Assembly (NCBI GenBank): GCA_034435355.1
Contig: DAOTXE010000002.1
Location: 1-59,371 of the forward strand
Length of the DNA stretch: 59,371 nt
Direction of reading: 5' to 3'
Origin: Chloroflexota bacterium
Lineage (GTDB): Bacteria; Chloroflexota; Limnocylindria; Limnocylindrales; CSP1-4
Every line of letters starts with the position of its first letter. Positions within the stretch are counted from its first letter, which is position 1. Of this stretch, positions 20,316 to 28,883 are shown piece after piece. The translations under genes and the position numbers were made by a program. Under the pieces are notes generated by a model that saw nothing but the letters and a program-made list of their open reading frames with translations, did not search any database and was not told where the DNA came from.

Positions 20316-21647
20316 ATGGGACGGCTCTTCGGGACGGACGGGATCCGCGGCGTGGCCAACGTGGACCTGCGGCCGACGGTCGCGTATGGGCTGGGGAGGG
20401 CAGTCGCCCACGCGCTCGTCGGCCCCGGAGGGAGCCTGGTGGTGGGGCGTGACACGCGGCGATCGGGGCAGATGTTCGTGGCCGCCATCGCGGCCGGTGC
20501 AGCAAGCCTCGGTGCCGATGTGCACGACGCCGGCGTTCTCCCCACGCCCGCGCTCGCCTTCCTTGCGGGAGCGGCGTCGTTCTCCGCCGGCATCATGGTG
20601 TCCGCCTCCCACAACCCGGCCGACGACAACGGGCTCAAGGTGCTCGACGGGCGGGGCCTCAAGCTCGATGACGCCGAGGAGGACCGGTTGGAGCAGCTCA
20701 TCTGGCGGACCGAGGAGCTGGGTGGCCCGCGGAACGGCGGCATCGGGCGGCTGGTCGAGGCGTCTGCGCTCGTCGATCGCTACCGCGCCGACCGCCTCCG
20801 CCTCGCCGCCGCCACGCCGTGCAACCTGCACCTCGTGCTCGATTGTGCAAACGGCTCCGGCGGCGTGACAGCCCCGGAGGTCCTGGCCGCAACGGGCGCA
20901 AGGGTGGAGGTCCTCCACAACGACCCGGATGGCGAGAACATCAACGTCGGGTGTGGCGCCACCGCGCCGGCCGACCTGGCCGAGCAGGTGGTCGCTCGCG
21001 GAGCCGACCTCGGCTTCGCGCTCGACGGCGATGCCGACCGGCTCGTCGTCGTCGACCGGCTGGGTCGGGTCGTCGACGGCGACCAGCTGCTCGGGCTCTG
21101 CGCCCTCGACCGACTGGGCCGCGGCCGGCTCGCCGGCGGGATCCTCGTCGTCACGGTGCTCTCCAACGGCGGCCTGGAGGCGGCGCTGGGCGCGGCGGGC
21201 GGGCAGGTCGTCCGGACACCGGTCGGCGACAAGTACATCCTCGAGGGGATGCAGGTGACCGGCGCCAGCCTCGGCGGCGAGAAGAGCGGCCACGTCATCA
21301 TCCTCGACCACGCGACGTCGGGAGACGGGGTGGTGACCGCCCTCGAGGTCCTCGGGATCGTGGGCCGGATCGGCCGGCCGATCGACGAGCTCGCGTCGCA
21401 GATCCCACTCTTCCCGCAGGAGCAGCGAGCCGTCCACGTCCGCCACAAGGAGCAATGGGAGGCGGATCCCGAGCTCCGGCGCGCGATCGCGCAGGCAGAG
21501 GCACGCCTGGAGGCTGGCGGGCGGGTCCTCGTCCGCCCGTCGGGCACGGAGCCGGCGCTTCGCGTGATGGTGGAGGGACCCGACGCGGCGCTGGTGGCGT
21601 CGCTCGCGGACGAGATCGCAGGCCTCGCGCTCGACCGCCTAAACTAG
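20316..21647 (+). CDS. glmM: Phosphoglucosamine mutase
   Basis: MGRLFGTDGIRG, SASHNP, DGDADR, GGEKSGH, VRPSGTEP. Confidence 0.97.
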   Translation: MGRLFGTDGIRGVANVDLRPTVAYGLGRAVAHALVGPGGSLVVGRDTRRSGQMFVAAIAAGAASLGADVHDAGVLPTPALAFLAGAASFSAGIMVSASHNPADDNGLKVLDGRGLKLDDAEEDRLEQLIWRTEELGGPRNGGIGRLVEASALVDRYRADRLRLAAATPCNLHLVLDCANGSGGVTAPEVLAATGARVEVLHNDPDGENINVGCGATAPADLAEQVVARGADLGFALDGDADRLVVVDRLGRVVDGDQLLGLCALDRLGRGRLAGGILVVTVLSNGGLEAALGAAGGQVVRTPVGDKYILEGMQVTGASLGGEKSGHVIILDHATSGDGVVTALEVLGIVGRIGRPIDELASQIPLFPQEQRAVHVRHKEQWEADPELRRAIAQAEARLEAGGRVLVRPSGTEPALRVMVEGPDAALVASLADEIAGLALDRLN

Positions 21648-21695
21648 CCCCACGGCCATCGAGGTCCGGTCGGCGCAGCGGAGGCACTCGACGGC

Positions 21696-23525
21696 ATGTG
21701 CGGCATCGTGGGGTACACGGGTCCCAGGGCGGCGGGACCGATCCTGCTGGAGGGGCTCCGGCGCCTGGAGTATCGCGGCTACGACTCGGCCGGCATCGCG
21801 CTGGTCACCGAGTCGGGCGAGCTCTTCGTCGAGAAGCGGGCGGGCAAGCTCGTCAACCTCCGGACGGCGCTCCTCGACCGGACTCCCAACGCCGGGATCG
21901 GCCTTGCCCACACGCGCTGGGCGACCCATGGGCGCCCGAACGACCTGAACGCCCATCCGCACGTCGATTGCACGGGTTCCATCACCGTCATCCACAACGG
22001 CATCATCGAGAACTTCCGAGAGCTTCGGGACGGGCTGGAGGCGCGCGGGCACGTGCTCGCCTCCGACACCGACACGGAGGCCCTGGCGCACCTGGTGGAG
22101 GAGGCCTACGCCGGCGATCTCGCGGATGCCGTCCGCTCCGCGCTCGCCCGGGTCGAGGGCGCCTACGCGGTCGCCGTCATGCACCGCGGCGAGCCCAACC
22201 GGCTCGTCGGGGCCCGGCAGAATGTGCCGCTCGTGGTGGGGATCGGGGACGGTGAGGCGTTCCTCGCCTCCGACGTCGCGGCGATCCTGGCCCACACGGA
22301 CCGGGTGATCTTCCTCGCCGAGGGAGACGTCGTCGATATCCGGCCCGCGCAGGTGACGATCACGGCCGTGGACGGGACGCCCCGCGAGCGCCCCGTGACG
22401 CGGGTGGACTGGACGCCGGAGGCCGCCGAGAAGGGCGGCTTCGCGCACTTCATGCTCAAGGAGATCCACGAGCAGCCCCAGGCGCTGCGCCAGTGCCTGG
22501 CCGGCCGGCTCGGGCCGGCGGGCACCGTCCGGACCGACGAGCTGGCGGACATTGCCGGCCTGCTGGCGAACGTCGACCGCGTCGAGTTCGTGGCCTGCGG
22601 GAGCGCGTCCTACGCGTCGCTGGTCGGCGCGGCAGCGGTGCAGGAATGGACCGGCCTGCCGGCCCGCGTCACCGTGGGGTCGGAGTTCCGGTACAGCCCG
22701 CCGCCGCTCAGCCCGCGGACCCTCGTGATCGCCGTCACCCAGTCCGGCGAGACGGCCGACACGATCGCCCCGACCCGGCTCGCGCGCGAGCGGGGCTGTC
22801 CGGTCATCGCCGTGACCAACACCGTGGGTTCGGCGATCACCCGGGAGGCCAACGCGGTTCTCTATCTCCAGGCGGGTCCCGAGGTCGCCGTCGCCGCCTC
22901 GAAGACGTTCACGACCCAGGTCCTCACGCTGGTCCTCGTGGCAGCCCAGATCGCGCGCATCCGCGGCACGCTCGACCGGGGAACCGAGACGCAGCTCGTG
23001 CGGGATCTCCGGGCGCTTCCCGAGGCGGCCCAGCGCGCGCTCGATGCGGCCAACGGCGTCGCCGCGATCGCGCGCCGGTACGTAGGCTCGCGGGGCTTCA
23101 TGTTCGTGGGCCGCGGCTACACGTACCCGACCGCGATGGAGGGCGCCCTGAAGCTCAAGGAGGTCAGCTACCTGCACGCGGAGGGCTACGCCGCCGGCGA
23201 GCTCAAGCACGGCCCGATCAGCCTCCTCGACGCGGAATGCCCGCTGGTCGCCGTGGCGACCCGCTCGGCCGTCTACGAGAAGCTGGTCAGCAACATCATG
23301 GAGGGCCGGGCTCGCGACGCGCGGGTGATCGCGATCGCGACCGAGGGCGACGACCAGGTCGCGCGGTTCGCCGACGACATCCTGTGGGTGCCGCCGACGC
23401 ACGAGACGCTCGGGCCGATCCTGGCGATCATCCCGCTCCAGCTGTTCGCCTACCATGCCGCGGTTGCCCGCGGAACCGACGTCGACCAGCCCCGCAACCT
23501 GGCCAAGTCGGTCACGGTCGAGTAG
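21696..23525 (+). CDS. glmS: Glutamine--fructose-6-phosphate aminotransferase
   Basis: MCGIVG, EYRGYDSAG, HTRWATHG, TQSGETADT, ELKHGP, DVDQPRNLAKSVTVE. Confidence 0.99.
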   Translation: MCGIVGYTGPRAAGPILLEGLRRLEYRGYDSAGIALVTESGELFVEKRAGKLVNLRTALLDRTPNAGIGLAHTRWATHGRPNDLNAHPHVDCTGSITVIHNGIIENFRELRDGLEARGHVLASDTDTEALAHLVEEAYAGDLADAVRSALARVEGAYAVAVMHRGEPNRLVGARQNVPLVVGIGDGEAFLASDVAAILAHTDRVIFLAEGDVVDIRPAQVTITAVDGTPRERPVTRVDWTPEAAEKGGFAHFMLKEIHEQPQALRQCLAGRLGPAGTVRTDELADIAGLLANVDRVEFVACGSASYASLVGAAAVQEWTGLPARVTVGSEFRYSPPPLSPRTLVIAVTQSGETADTIAPTRLARERGCPVIAVTNTVGSAITREANAVLYLQAGPEVAVAASKTFTTQVLTLVLVAAQIARIRGTLDRGTETQLVRDLRALPEAAQRALDAANGVAAIARRYVGSRGFMFVGRGYTYPTAMEGALKLKEVSYLHAEGYAAGELKHGPISLLDAECPLVAVATRSAVYEKLVSNIMEGRARDARVIAIATEGDDQVARFADDILWVPPTHETLGPILAIIPLQLFAYHAAVARGTDVDQPRNLAKSVTVE

Positions 23526-23534
23526 CCCGTCATC

Positions 23535-24077
23535 ATGACGGACGGGCAGGTCCCCGAGGGGACCGCGGAGCTGGGGCTCGACATCATCCGTGTCGGGCGG
23601 ATCCGGGATGCTCTGGCTCGCTTCGGAGAGCGGTTCGTTCGGCGCGTCCTGACGCCGGCCGAGTCCGCCTACGTCCGTGGTCGCCCCGAGACGCTCGCCG
23701 GCCGGTGGGCCGCCAAGGAGGCGGTCAGCAAGGTGCTGGGGCTCGGCGTGCGGGGGATCGGCTGGCTCGACATCGAGATCGAACGGCTGCCCACGGGGCA
23801 GCCCGCGGTCCGGCTCCACGGACGGGCCGCGGCCCGTGCGGACCAGCTCGGGCTGGCGCGGATCGCGGTCAGCATCACCCACGAACGGGAGTACGCGCTG
23901 GCGATCGCGTTCGGGGTGCGCACCGCCGGGGGTCGCTACGTCTTCCCGCCGGACATCGAGGAGCGGCTCGGCGAGCGCGAGGCGGCGCTGCTGCGCAGGA
24001 TGGAGCGCATCCGGGGGCTGGGTCGGGACGCCGCAGCCCTCGCCCGGACGGCCGGGGAGGTGAGCCAGGATGCCTGA
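23535..24077 (+). CDS. acpS: Holo-ACP synthase with C-terminal extension
   Basis: GLDII, RFVRRVLT.AE, AGRWAAKEAVSK.LG, GQP.V, VSITHE. Confidence 0.92.
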   Translation: MTDGQVPEGTAELGLDIIRVGRIRDALARFGERFVRRVLTPAESAYVRGRPETLAGRWAAKEAVSKVLGLGVRGIGWLDIEIERLPTGQPAVRLHGRAAARADQLGLARIAVSITHEREYALAIAFGVRTAGGRYVFPPDIEERLGEREAALLRRMERIRGLGRDAAALARTAGEVSQDA

Positions 24078-25074
24078 CACACAAGCCGCTTCACCGGCCG
24101 GCGTGCCCACCGCCGAGCGCCTCGACGATCGGAGCGCCGGCCTCCTCCTGCCCGAGCGGCCCGGTCGCGGGCACAAGGGCACGTTCGGCAAGCTGCTCGT
24201 GATCGCCGGCTCGCTCGACTACGCGGGAGCGGCGCTCCTCGTCTGCCAGGCGGCAGGTCGGGTCGGCACCGGGCTCGTCACGCTGGCGGTGCCCGAGTCG
24301 CTGCAGCCCCTCTTCGCAGCAAAGGTCGTCGAGGCCACCACGCTCGCGCTCGTCGAGGACGACGTCGAGGAGGTCGACCCGGAGCCCGCCCTGGCGCGGA
24401 TCCTCGACCACGAGCACGACGCGCTCGTCGTCGGGCCAGGGCTCCGGCCCTCGCTCGCCACCGCCGAGCTGATCCGGGGCATCCTCGCGGCCGGCGCGGG
24501 CGACGATGCCAGCCCTGCGGTCGTCGACGCCGAGGCCCTCCGCTCGCTCGCGGCGGAGGACGGCTGGTGGGAAGGGGTCGTGCGCTCGTGCGTCCTCACG
24601 CCGCACGTCGGCGAGTTTCGCCGCCTGCGGGCGGCCGGCCGTCTCGGCCCGGCCGACGACGGGGACCTGGCCGGCGACGACGCGGCGCGCCTCGGGGCAG
24701 CCCGCGACGCGGCTCGTACCTGGGGCCACGTCGTGGTCCTGAAGGGGGCCCACACCGTGATTGCGGCCCCGGATGGCGCCGCTGCCGTCGCGACGTTCGA
24801 GAACCCGGCGCTCGCCACCGGCGGCACCGGCGACGTTCTCGCGGGGACGATCGGTGGCCTGCTCGCCCAGGGGCTTGCCCCGTATGCAGCGGCGCGGCTC
24901 GGCGTCCATCTCCACGGGATGGCTGGGGAGGCCGTGCGAAATCGCGTGGGGGATGCCGGGCTCCTCGCAGGCGACCTGCCGCTCGAGGTCGCGCGCGCCC
25001 GGCATCGCCTGACTGTCGACGCGGCCCGGCGGGCCGGCGTCGGAATGCTGGGGTTCGGGCGGCCCGCCGAATGA
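24070..25074 (+). CDS. nnrD: ADP-dependent NAD(P)H-hydrate dehydratase (stand-alone, no epimerase domain)
   Basis: HKGTFG..LVIAGS..YAGAA, VVGPGL, VVDAEAL, LTPHVGEF, VVLKGA, LATGGTGDVLAG. Confidence 0.93.
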   Translation: MPDTQAASPAGVPTAERLDDRSAGLLLPERPGRGHKGTFGKLLVIAGSLDYAGAALLVCQAAGRVGTGLVTLAVPESLQPLFAAKVVEATTLALVEDDVEEVDPEPALARILDHEHDALVVGPGLRPSLATAELIRGILAAGAGDDASPAVVDAEALRSLAAEDGWWEGVVRSCVLTPHVGEFRRLRAAGRLGPADDGDLAGDDAARLGAARDAARTWGHVVVLKGAHTVIAAPDGAAAVATFENPALATGGTGDVLAGTIGGLLAQGLAPYAAARLGVHLHGMAGEAVRNRVGDAGLLAGDLPLEVARARHRLTVDAARRAGVGMLGFGRPAE

Positions 25075-26405
25075 CGGACCCGCGCCCGCCGATCGAGGCG
25101 CGCCTCCGGGACGCGGGCCTCCCGCCGCTGCCGCGCACGGCGTGGCTCGAGATCGACCTGGAGCGGCTCGCGGGGAACGTGCGGGCGATCCTGGGTGCGC
25201 TCCCCGCGGGCACGCGTCTCGAGGCAGTCGTGAAGGCGAACGGCTACGGCCACGGGGCCGTCCCGGTCGCGGGCGCCGCCCTGGCAGCGGGCGCGCACGG
25301 CCTGTGCGTCGCGACGCTCGACGAAGCGCTCGAGCTCCGGGCCGCCGGCCTCCTGGCGCCGGTGCTCGTGCTGTTCCCGATCCCGCCGGACGGAGTCGCA
25401 GAGGCAGCCCGAGCGGGGATCGCGCTGGCGGCCGGCGACGCCGTGCTCTGGGGGCGCTCCCTGGCCGCCTATTCCCGCGCTCGCCGGCAGGCGCGCGGGC
25501 ACCTCGGCGACCTCGCCGTCCATCTCGGGATCGAGACCGGGCTGGGCCGCGACGGTCTCCAAGCGGACGAGGCGGTGGCTGCGGCTCGGGCGCTTGCGGG
25601 TGCGCCCGGGATCCGGCTCGCGGGGGCGTGGTCGCACCTCCAGGCGCCCGAGGATGCCGCCCGCACGGCTCGCCAGGTGGACCGTTTCGAGGCTGCGCTG
25701 CGCGCCCTCGCGGATGCCGGCCACCCGGCCCCGCAGCGTCACCTCCTGGCGTCTGGCGGCCTCCTCGCGGCATTGCGATACGTCGGGGGCGAGCACCCGG
25801 TCTTCGATGGCCTGCGGGTCGGGCTCGCGCTGTACGGGATCGCGCCGGACGGGCTTCGCTGCAGCGAGGCAGCGGCGCGCATCGCGCCCGCGCTGCAGCC
25901 CGTCCTCTCGCTCCTGGCGCGCCCGGTCAGGGTTGCCGACCTTCCTGCCGGCGCCGGCGTCGGCTACGGGCCGAGCTTCGTGACAGGCCGGGCCAGCCGG
26001 ATCGCGACGCTCCCCGTCGGATATGCCGACGGCTGGGTCAGGGTTCTCGGGAACCGCGCGACGGCGCTCGTCCGTGGGCAGCGTGTCCCGCTCGTGGGGA
26101 CCGTCGCCATGGACGCCGTGATGGCAGATGTGACCGACGTGCCCGGCTCGCCGGTCACGCCGGACGACGAGTTCGTCCTCCTCGGCGAGCAGGGCGGCCA
26201 CCGGATCACCGCTCAGGAGCTGGCGCAGGAGCGCACCACGATCAGCTGGGAGGTGGTCGCCGTGATGTCTGCCCGCCTGCCCCGGGTGTACACTGCGCCG
26301 GCCGAGCCGGTCGGCATCCGCACGCTCACCAGGAACCGGGGGCCATGGCAGACATCGCGCTCTGGAACGGCGACATCTGCGACCTCGAGGTGGACGCGAT
26401 CGTGA
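25071..26405 (+). CDS. alr: Alanine racemase
   Basis: ATG at 25071; WLEIDL, AVVKANGYGHG (PLP Lys), ETGLGRDG, VGYG, PVGYADG, GTVAMD, TISWEV..RLPRVY. Confidence 0.95.
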   Translation: MTDPRPPIEARLRDAGLPPLPRTAWLEIDLERLAGNVRAILGALPAGTRLEAVVKANGYGHGAVPVAGAALAAGAHGLCVATLDEALELRAAGLLAPVLVLFPIPPDGVAEAARAGIALAAGDAVLWGRSLAAYSRARRQARGHLGDLAVHLGIETGLGRDGLQADEAVAAARALAGAPGIRLAGAWSHLQAPEDAARTARQVDRFEAALRALADAGHPAPQRHLLASGGLLAALRYVGGEHPVFDGLRVGLALYGIAPDGLRCSEAAARIAPALQPVLSLLARPVRVADLPAGAGVGYGPSFVTGRASRIATLPVGYADGWVRVLGNRATALVRGQRVPLVGTVAMDAVMADVTDVPGSPVTPDDEFVLLGEQGGHRITAQELAQERTTISWEVVAVMSARLPRVYTAPAEPVGIRTLTRNRGPWQTSRSGTATSATSRWTRS

Positions 26406-26875
26406 GTCCCGCCAGCCCGAATCTCTGGATGGCGACGGGCGTCGCGGGCGCGATCAAGCGCCGGGGTGGCGACGCCATCGAGTTCGCGGCCGTCCGGCAG
26501 GGGCCGATCGGCGTGGGCGACGCGATCGTGACGGGCGGTGGCTCGCTCGCCGCGCGCTGGGTGATCCACGCGGTCTCGCTCGACTCGTCACGCCGGACGG
26601 ACGCCGCGGCGATCGATCGCGCGGTCCGCGGTGCGTTCGCCCGGGCCCGTGAGATCGGAGCGGAGACGCTCGCGCTCCCGGCGCTCGGGACGGGTGTCGG
26701 CGGCTTCCCGCTACCCGAGGCCGCCCGCGTGACGGTCAGGGCCGTGCGCGACGAGATGGCTCGCTCGCCGGGGCTCAAGCGTGTGACGCTTGCCCTGCGG
26801 GGCCTCGCCACGTACGAGGCATTCCGCGCCGCGATCGCGGCCACCGATGGGGCGCCGATCGGATCCCGGGCATGA
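26345..26875 (+). CDS. Macrodomain (ADP-ribose-binding) protein
   Basis: GDICDLEVDAIV, GVAGAIKRRGG, GDAIVTGGGSL, VIHAV, ALPALGTGVGGFP. Confidence 0.88.
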   Translation: MADIALWNGDICDLEVDAIVSPASPNLWMATGVAGAIKRRGGDAIEFAAVRQGPIGVGDAIVTGGGSLAARWVIHAVSLDSSRRTDAAAIDRAVRGAFARAREIGAETLALPALGTGVGGFPLPEAARVTVRAVRDEMARSPGLKRVTLALRGLATYEAFRAAIAATDGAPIGSRA

Positions 26876-27162
26876 TTGTTCCTTTCCCCCCCGGCGAGGA
26901 GCAGCGCACGGCGCTTGTCGAAGAAGTCGCGCGCGAGATCCAGCTGCGCGGCATGACCGGGCCGGCCGTCCTCTTCCTGCACGCGAGCATGCCCGACGGC
27001 GGCCTCGCCGGCAGCGCGATGACGTTCTTCGACCCGCTCCTGCGCCAGCTTTTCGGGGGCGACAATGCGCCTGCAAGCGCACTCCTGGCGGACGAGGCAG
27101 GGATCGAGCAACTGATCGACCGGCTCGAGGAGCTTGACGAGGAGTCGGTCTGGGACGCGTGA
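26872..27162 (+). CDS. Small conserved hypothetical protein (96 aa)
   Basis: Overlaps both neighbours by 4 nt; RGMTGPAVLFL...FFDPLL...IEQLIDRLEE amphipathic pattern. Confidence 0.75.
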   Translation: MIVPFPPGEEQRTALVEEVAREIQLRGMTGPAVLFLHASMPDGGLAGSAMTFFDPLLRQLFGGDNAPASALLADEAGIEQLIDRLEELDEESVWDA

Positions 27163-28883
27163 GCCCAGCCGGGTTGATGCCTCCCACGCTTCCCGCCGAT
27201 CCCGTCCCCGATCCGGCACAGGCCGCTCCGGCGATGTCCTGGCGCGACTCCCTCCGGCCGGCCGGCGGCCGGCCGGAGGCCTTCGTGGCGCTCGATCGTG
27301 GGACCGCGACGCTCGCCGGATCGATCGTCGGGCGTGTCGACGGTCGCTGGCGCCTCCTGGCGGCGACGGCGCTCCCGGCCGGCAGCGACCCGGGCGCCCT
27401 CCTCGGCCTCCTCGTCGAGCGGTACCGCTCGGCCGATCCGGTCCTTGCCGAGAACACGCTCGGCCGCCCCGCGGGTGACCTCGCGTCGGTCGAGGGCTGG
27501 CCGCAGCTCGTCGCGCTGAGCACGCCCGCGGCGACGATCGCCGTCATCGCCGCCACCGACCGGACGCGCGCGCGGCTCGAGGAGGCTGCGCTCGGGGCCG
27601 GTTGGAACGTCGTCGGGGGGAGCGCCGAGCGGACGGACCCGCTGGCGCTTACCCGGTTCGCGACCCGGCCGGACGTGGATGCCCTCCTCATCGGGGTGTC
27701 CGATCCCCCGGACGCCGACGAGCGGGAGCTGGCCGCGGAACTGGCAGTCGCGGGGGCCGGGATCGCCGTGCGCCGACCGGGCCTGCGCGTCTTCCTCTCG
27801 GGCAGCGTCCCGGATGCGCCGTTGCACGACGTCCTGCGCGACCCGGTGACGGTCCCGCTCGCGGCACCCCCACGCATGCCCGGCGAGGTGGCTCCTGCCA
27901 GCCTGCGCCTCGGGCTGGCGGTCGCTCGCCGGGGCCCCCGCGACGGCCGGGCCGCCTTGGCCGCGGCCGCAGGATCGCTTGCCCGCGTGCTGGGGCTCCG
28001 GGTCGAGGTGCTCGATGTCGGGGTCTCCGGGGCGGCGCGCATCTTGGCGTCGCCCCGCCCGGGGAGCGACGGTGGGATCGTCGCGGACGTTCGGATGCTC
28101 GAGGTACCCGGCGCCGCGCTCTTCCGGGTCGATCGGCCCGGGACGGTCGAACGCATCGACCACTGGTTCACCTCGGGCCTCGACCGGGCCCGCCTTCGCG
28201 ACCGGCTTGCCGAGCTCACGCTCGCCCCGTGGAGCGATCTCGACGGGGACGGGGCGCTCCTGCGGGCGGCTGCCCTTCGCGCGGCCCTGGAGCGCCTGCT
28301 CGAGGCCAGCGGGCCCACGCTCGGGGACGATGGCGTGGACCTCGTCGTCGGCACGGGCGGGGCGTGGTCCGCGCTTCCCGGCCCCGCGGCGGCCCACGTC
28401 GTCGCCGACGTGATCCGCCGGCCGGGAGCGATGCAGGTGGCGGTCGACCACGCGCGGCTCCTGGGCCCGATCGGGACGATCGCCGACGACGCCGAGCGGG
28501 ACGCGCTGTGTGCCGATCTCGCCGAGGACGCGCTCCTGCGGCTCGGGACCATCGTGACGCCGCGGGGCCTGCGAGCGAACCGCGCGACGGGACACCTTGA
28601 GATCACCTCCGGCGGCGTGCACGCAGATGTCGATCTCGTGGCCGGCGGCCTCACGCTCGTGGACCTCCCTCCGGGGGCGCGCGGGACGGCCGAGCTGACG
28701 TTTCGCGGCGCCGCCGAGCTCGGCGTGCGCGGGCGCCGCTTCCAGGTCGAGGTGACCGGCGGCCTTGCGGGGCTGGTGCTCGACCTCCGGGACGTCCCGC
28801 TCCGGCTCCCGGAACGCCCCGATCGTCGCCGCGAGATCCTGACCACCTGGGAGCATGCACTCTGGCCGGAGCGCGAGGCGTGA
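27159..28883 (+). CDS. GlmL/MutL (glutamate mutase L)-like ASKHA-fold protein, divergent
   Basis: ALDRGTAT..GRWRLLAA N-terminus, second LDVG motif, DLVVGTGG, AVDH..LL..IG, GGLAGLVLDLRDVPLRLPE; family recognised by eye, no search run. Confidence 0.65.
   Translation: MSPAGLMPPTLPADPVPDPAQAAPAMSWRDSLRPAGGRPEAFVALDRGTATLAGSIVGRVDGRWRLLAATALPAGSDPGALLGLLVERYRSADPVLAENTLGRPAGDLASVEGWPQLVALSTPAATIAVIAATDRTRARLEEAALGAGWNVVGGSAERTDPLALTRFATRPDVDALLIGVSDPPDADERELAAELAVAGAGIAVRRPGLRVFLSGSVPDAPLHDVLRDPVTVPLAAPPRMPGEVAPASLRLGLAVARRGPRDGRAALAAAAGSLARVLGLRVEVLDVGVSGAARILASPRPGSDGGIVADVRMLEVPGAALFRVDRPGTVERIDHWFTSGLDRARLRDRLAELTLAPWSDLDGDGALLRAAALRAALERLLEASGPTLGDDGVDLVVGTGGAWSALPGPAAAHVVADVIRRPGAMQVAVDHARLLGPIGTIADDAERDALCADLAEDALLRLGTIVTPRGLRANRATGHLEITSGGVHADVDLVAGGLTLVDLPPGARGTAELTFRGAAELGVRGRRFQVEVTGGLAGLVLDLRDVPLRLPERPDRRREILTTWEHALWPEREA

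Noticed and set aside
17735-21647. Long N-terminal extensions in track ORFs 17735-19054, 18061-20313 and 18618-21647 (and similar for alr, macro, rsmA, glyQS)
   Set aside because: These are stop-free shadow frames in ~70% GC DNA overlapping bona fide upstream genes; starts were re-called at conserved N-termini
21648-21695. glmS ribozyme upstream of glmS
   Set aside because: Only 48 nt separate glmM and glmS, too short for the ribozyme
27159-28883. DNA mismatch-repair MutL
   Set aside because: No GHKL ATPase motifs; the resemblance is to the unrelated glutamate-mutase-associated GlmL/MutL family
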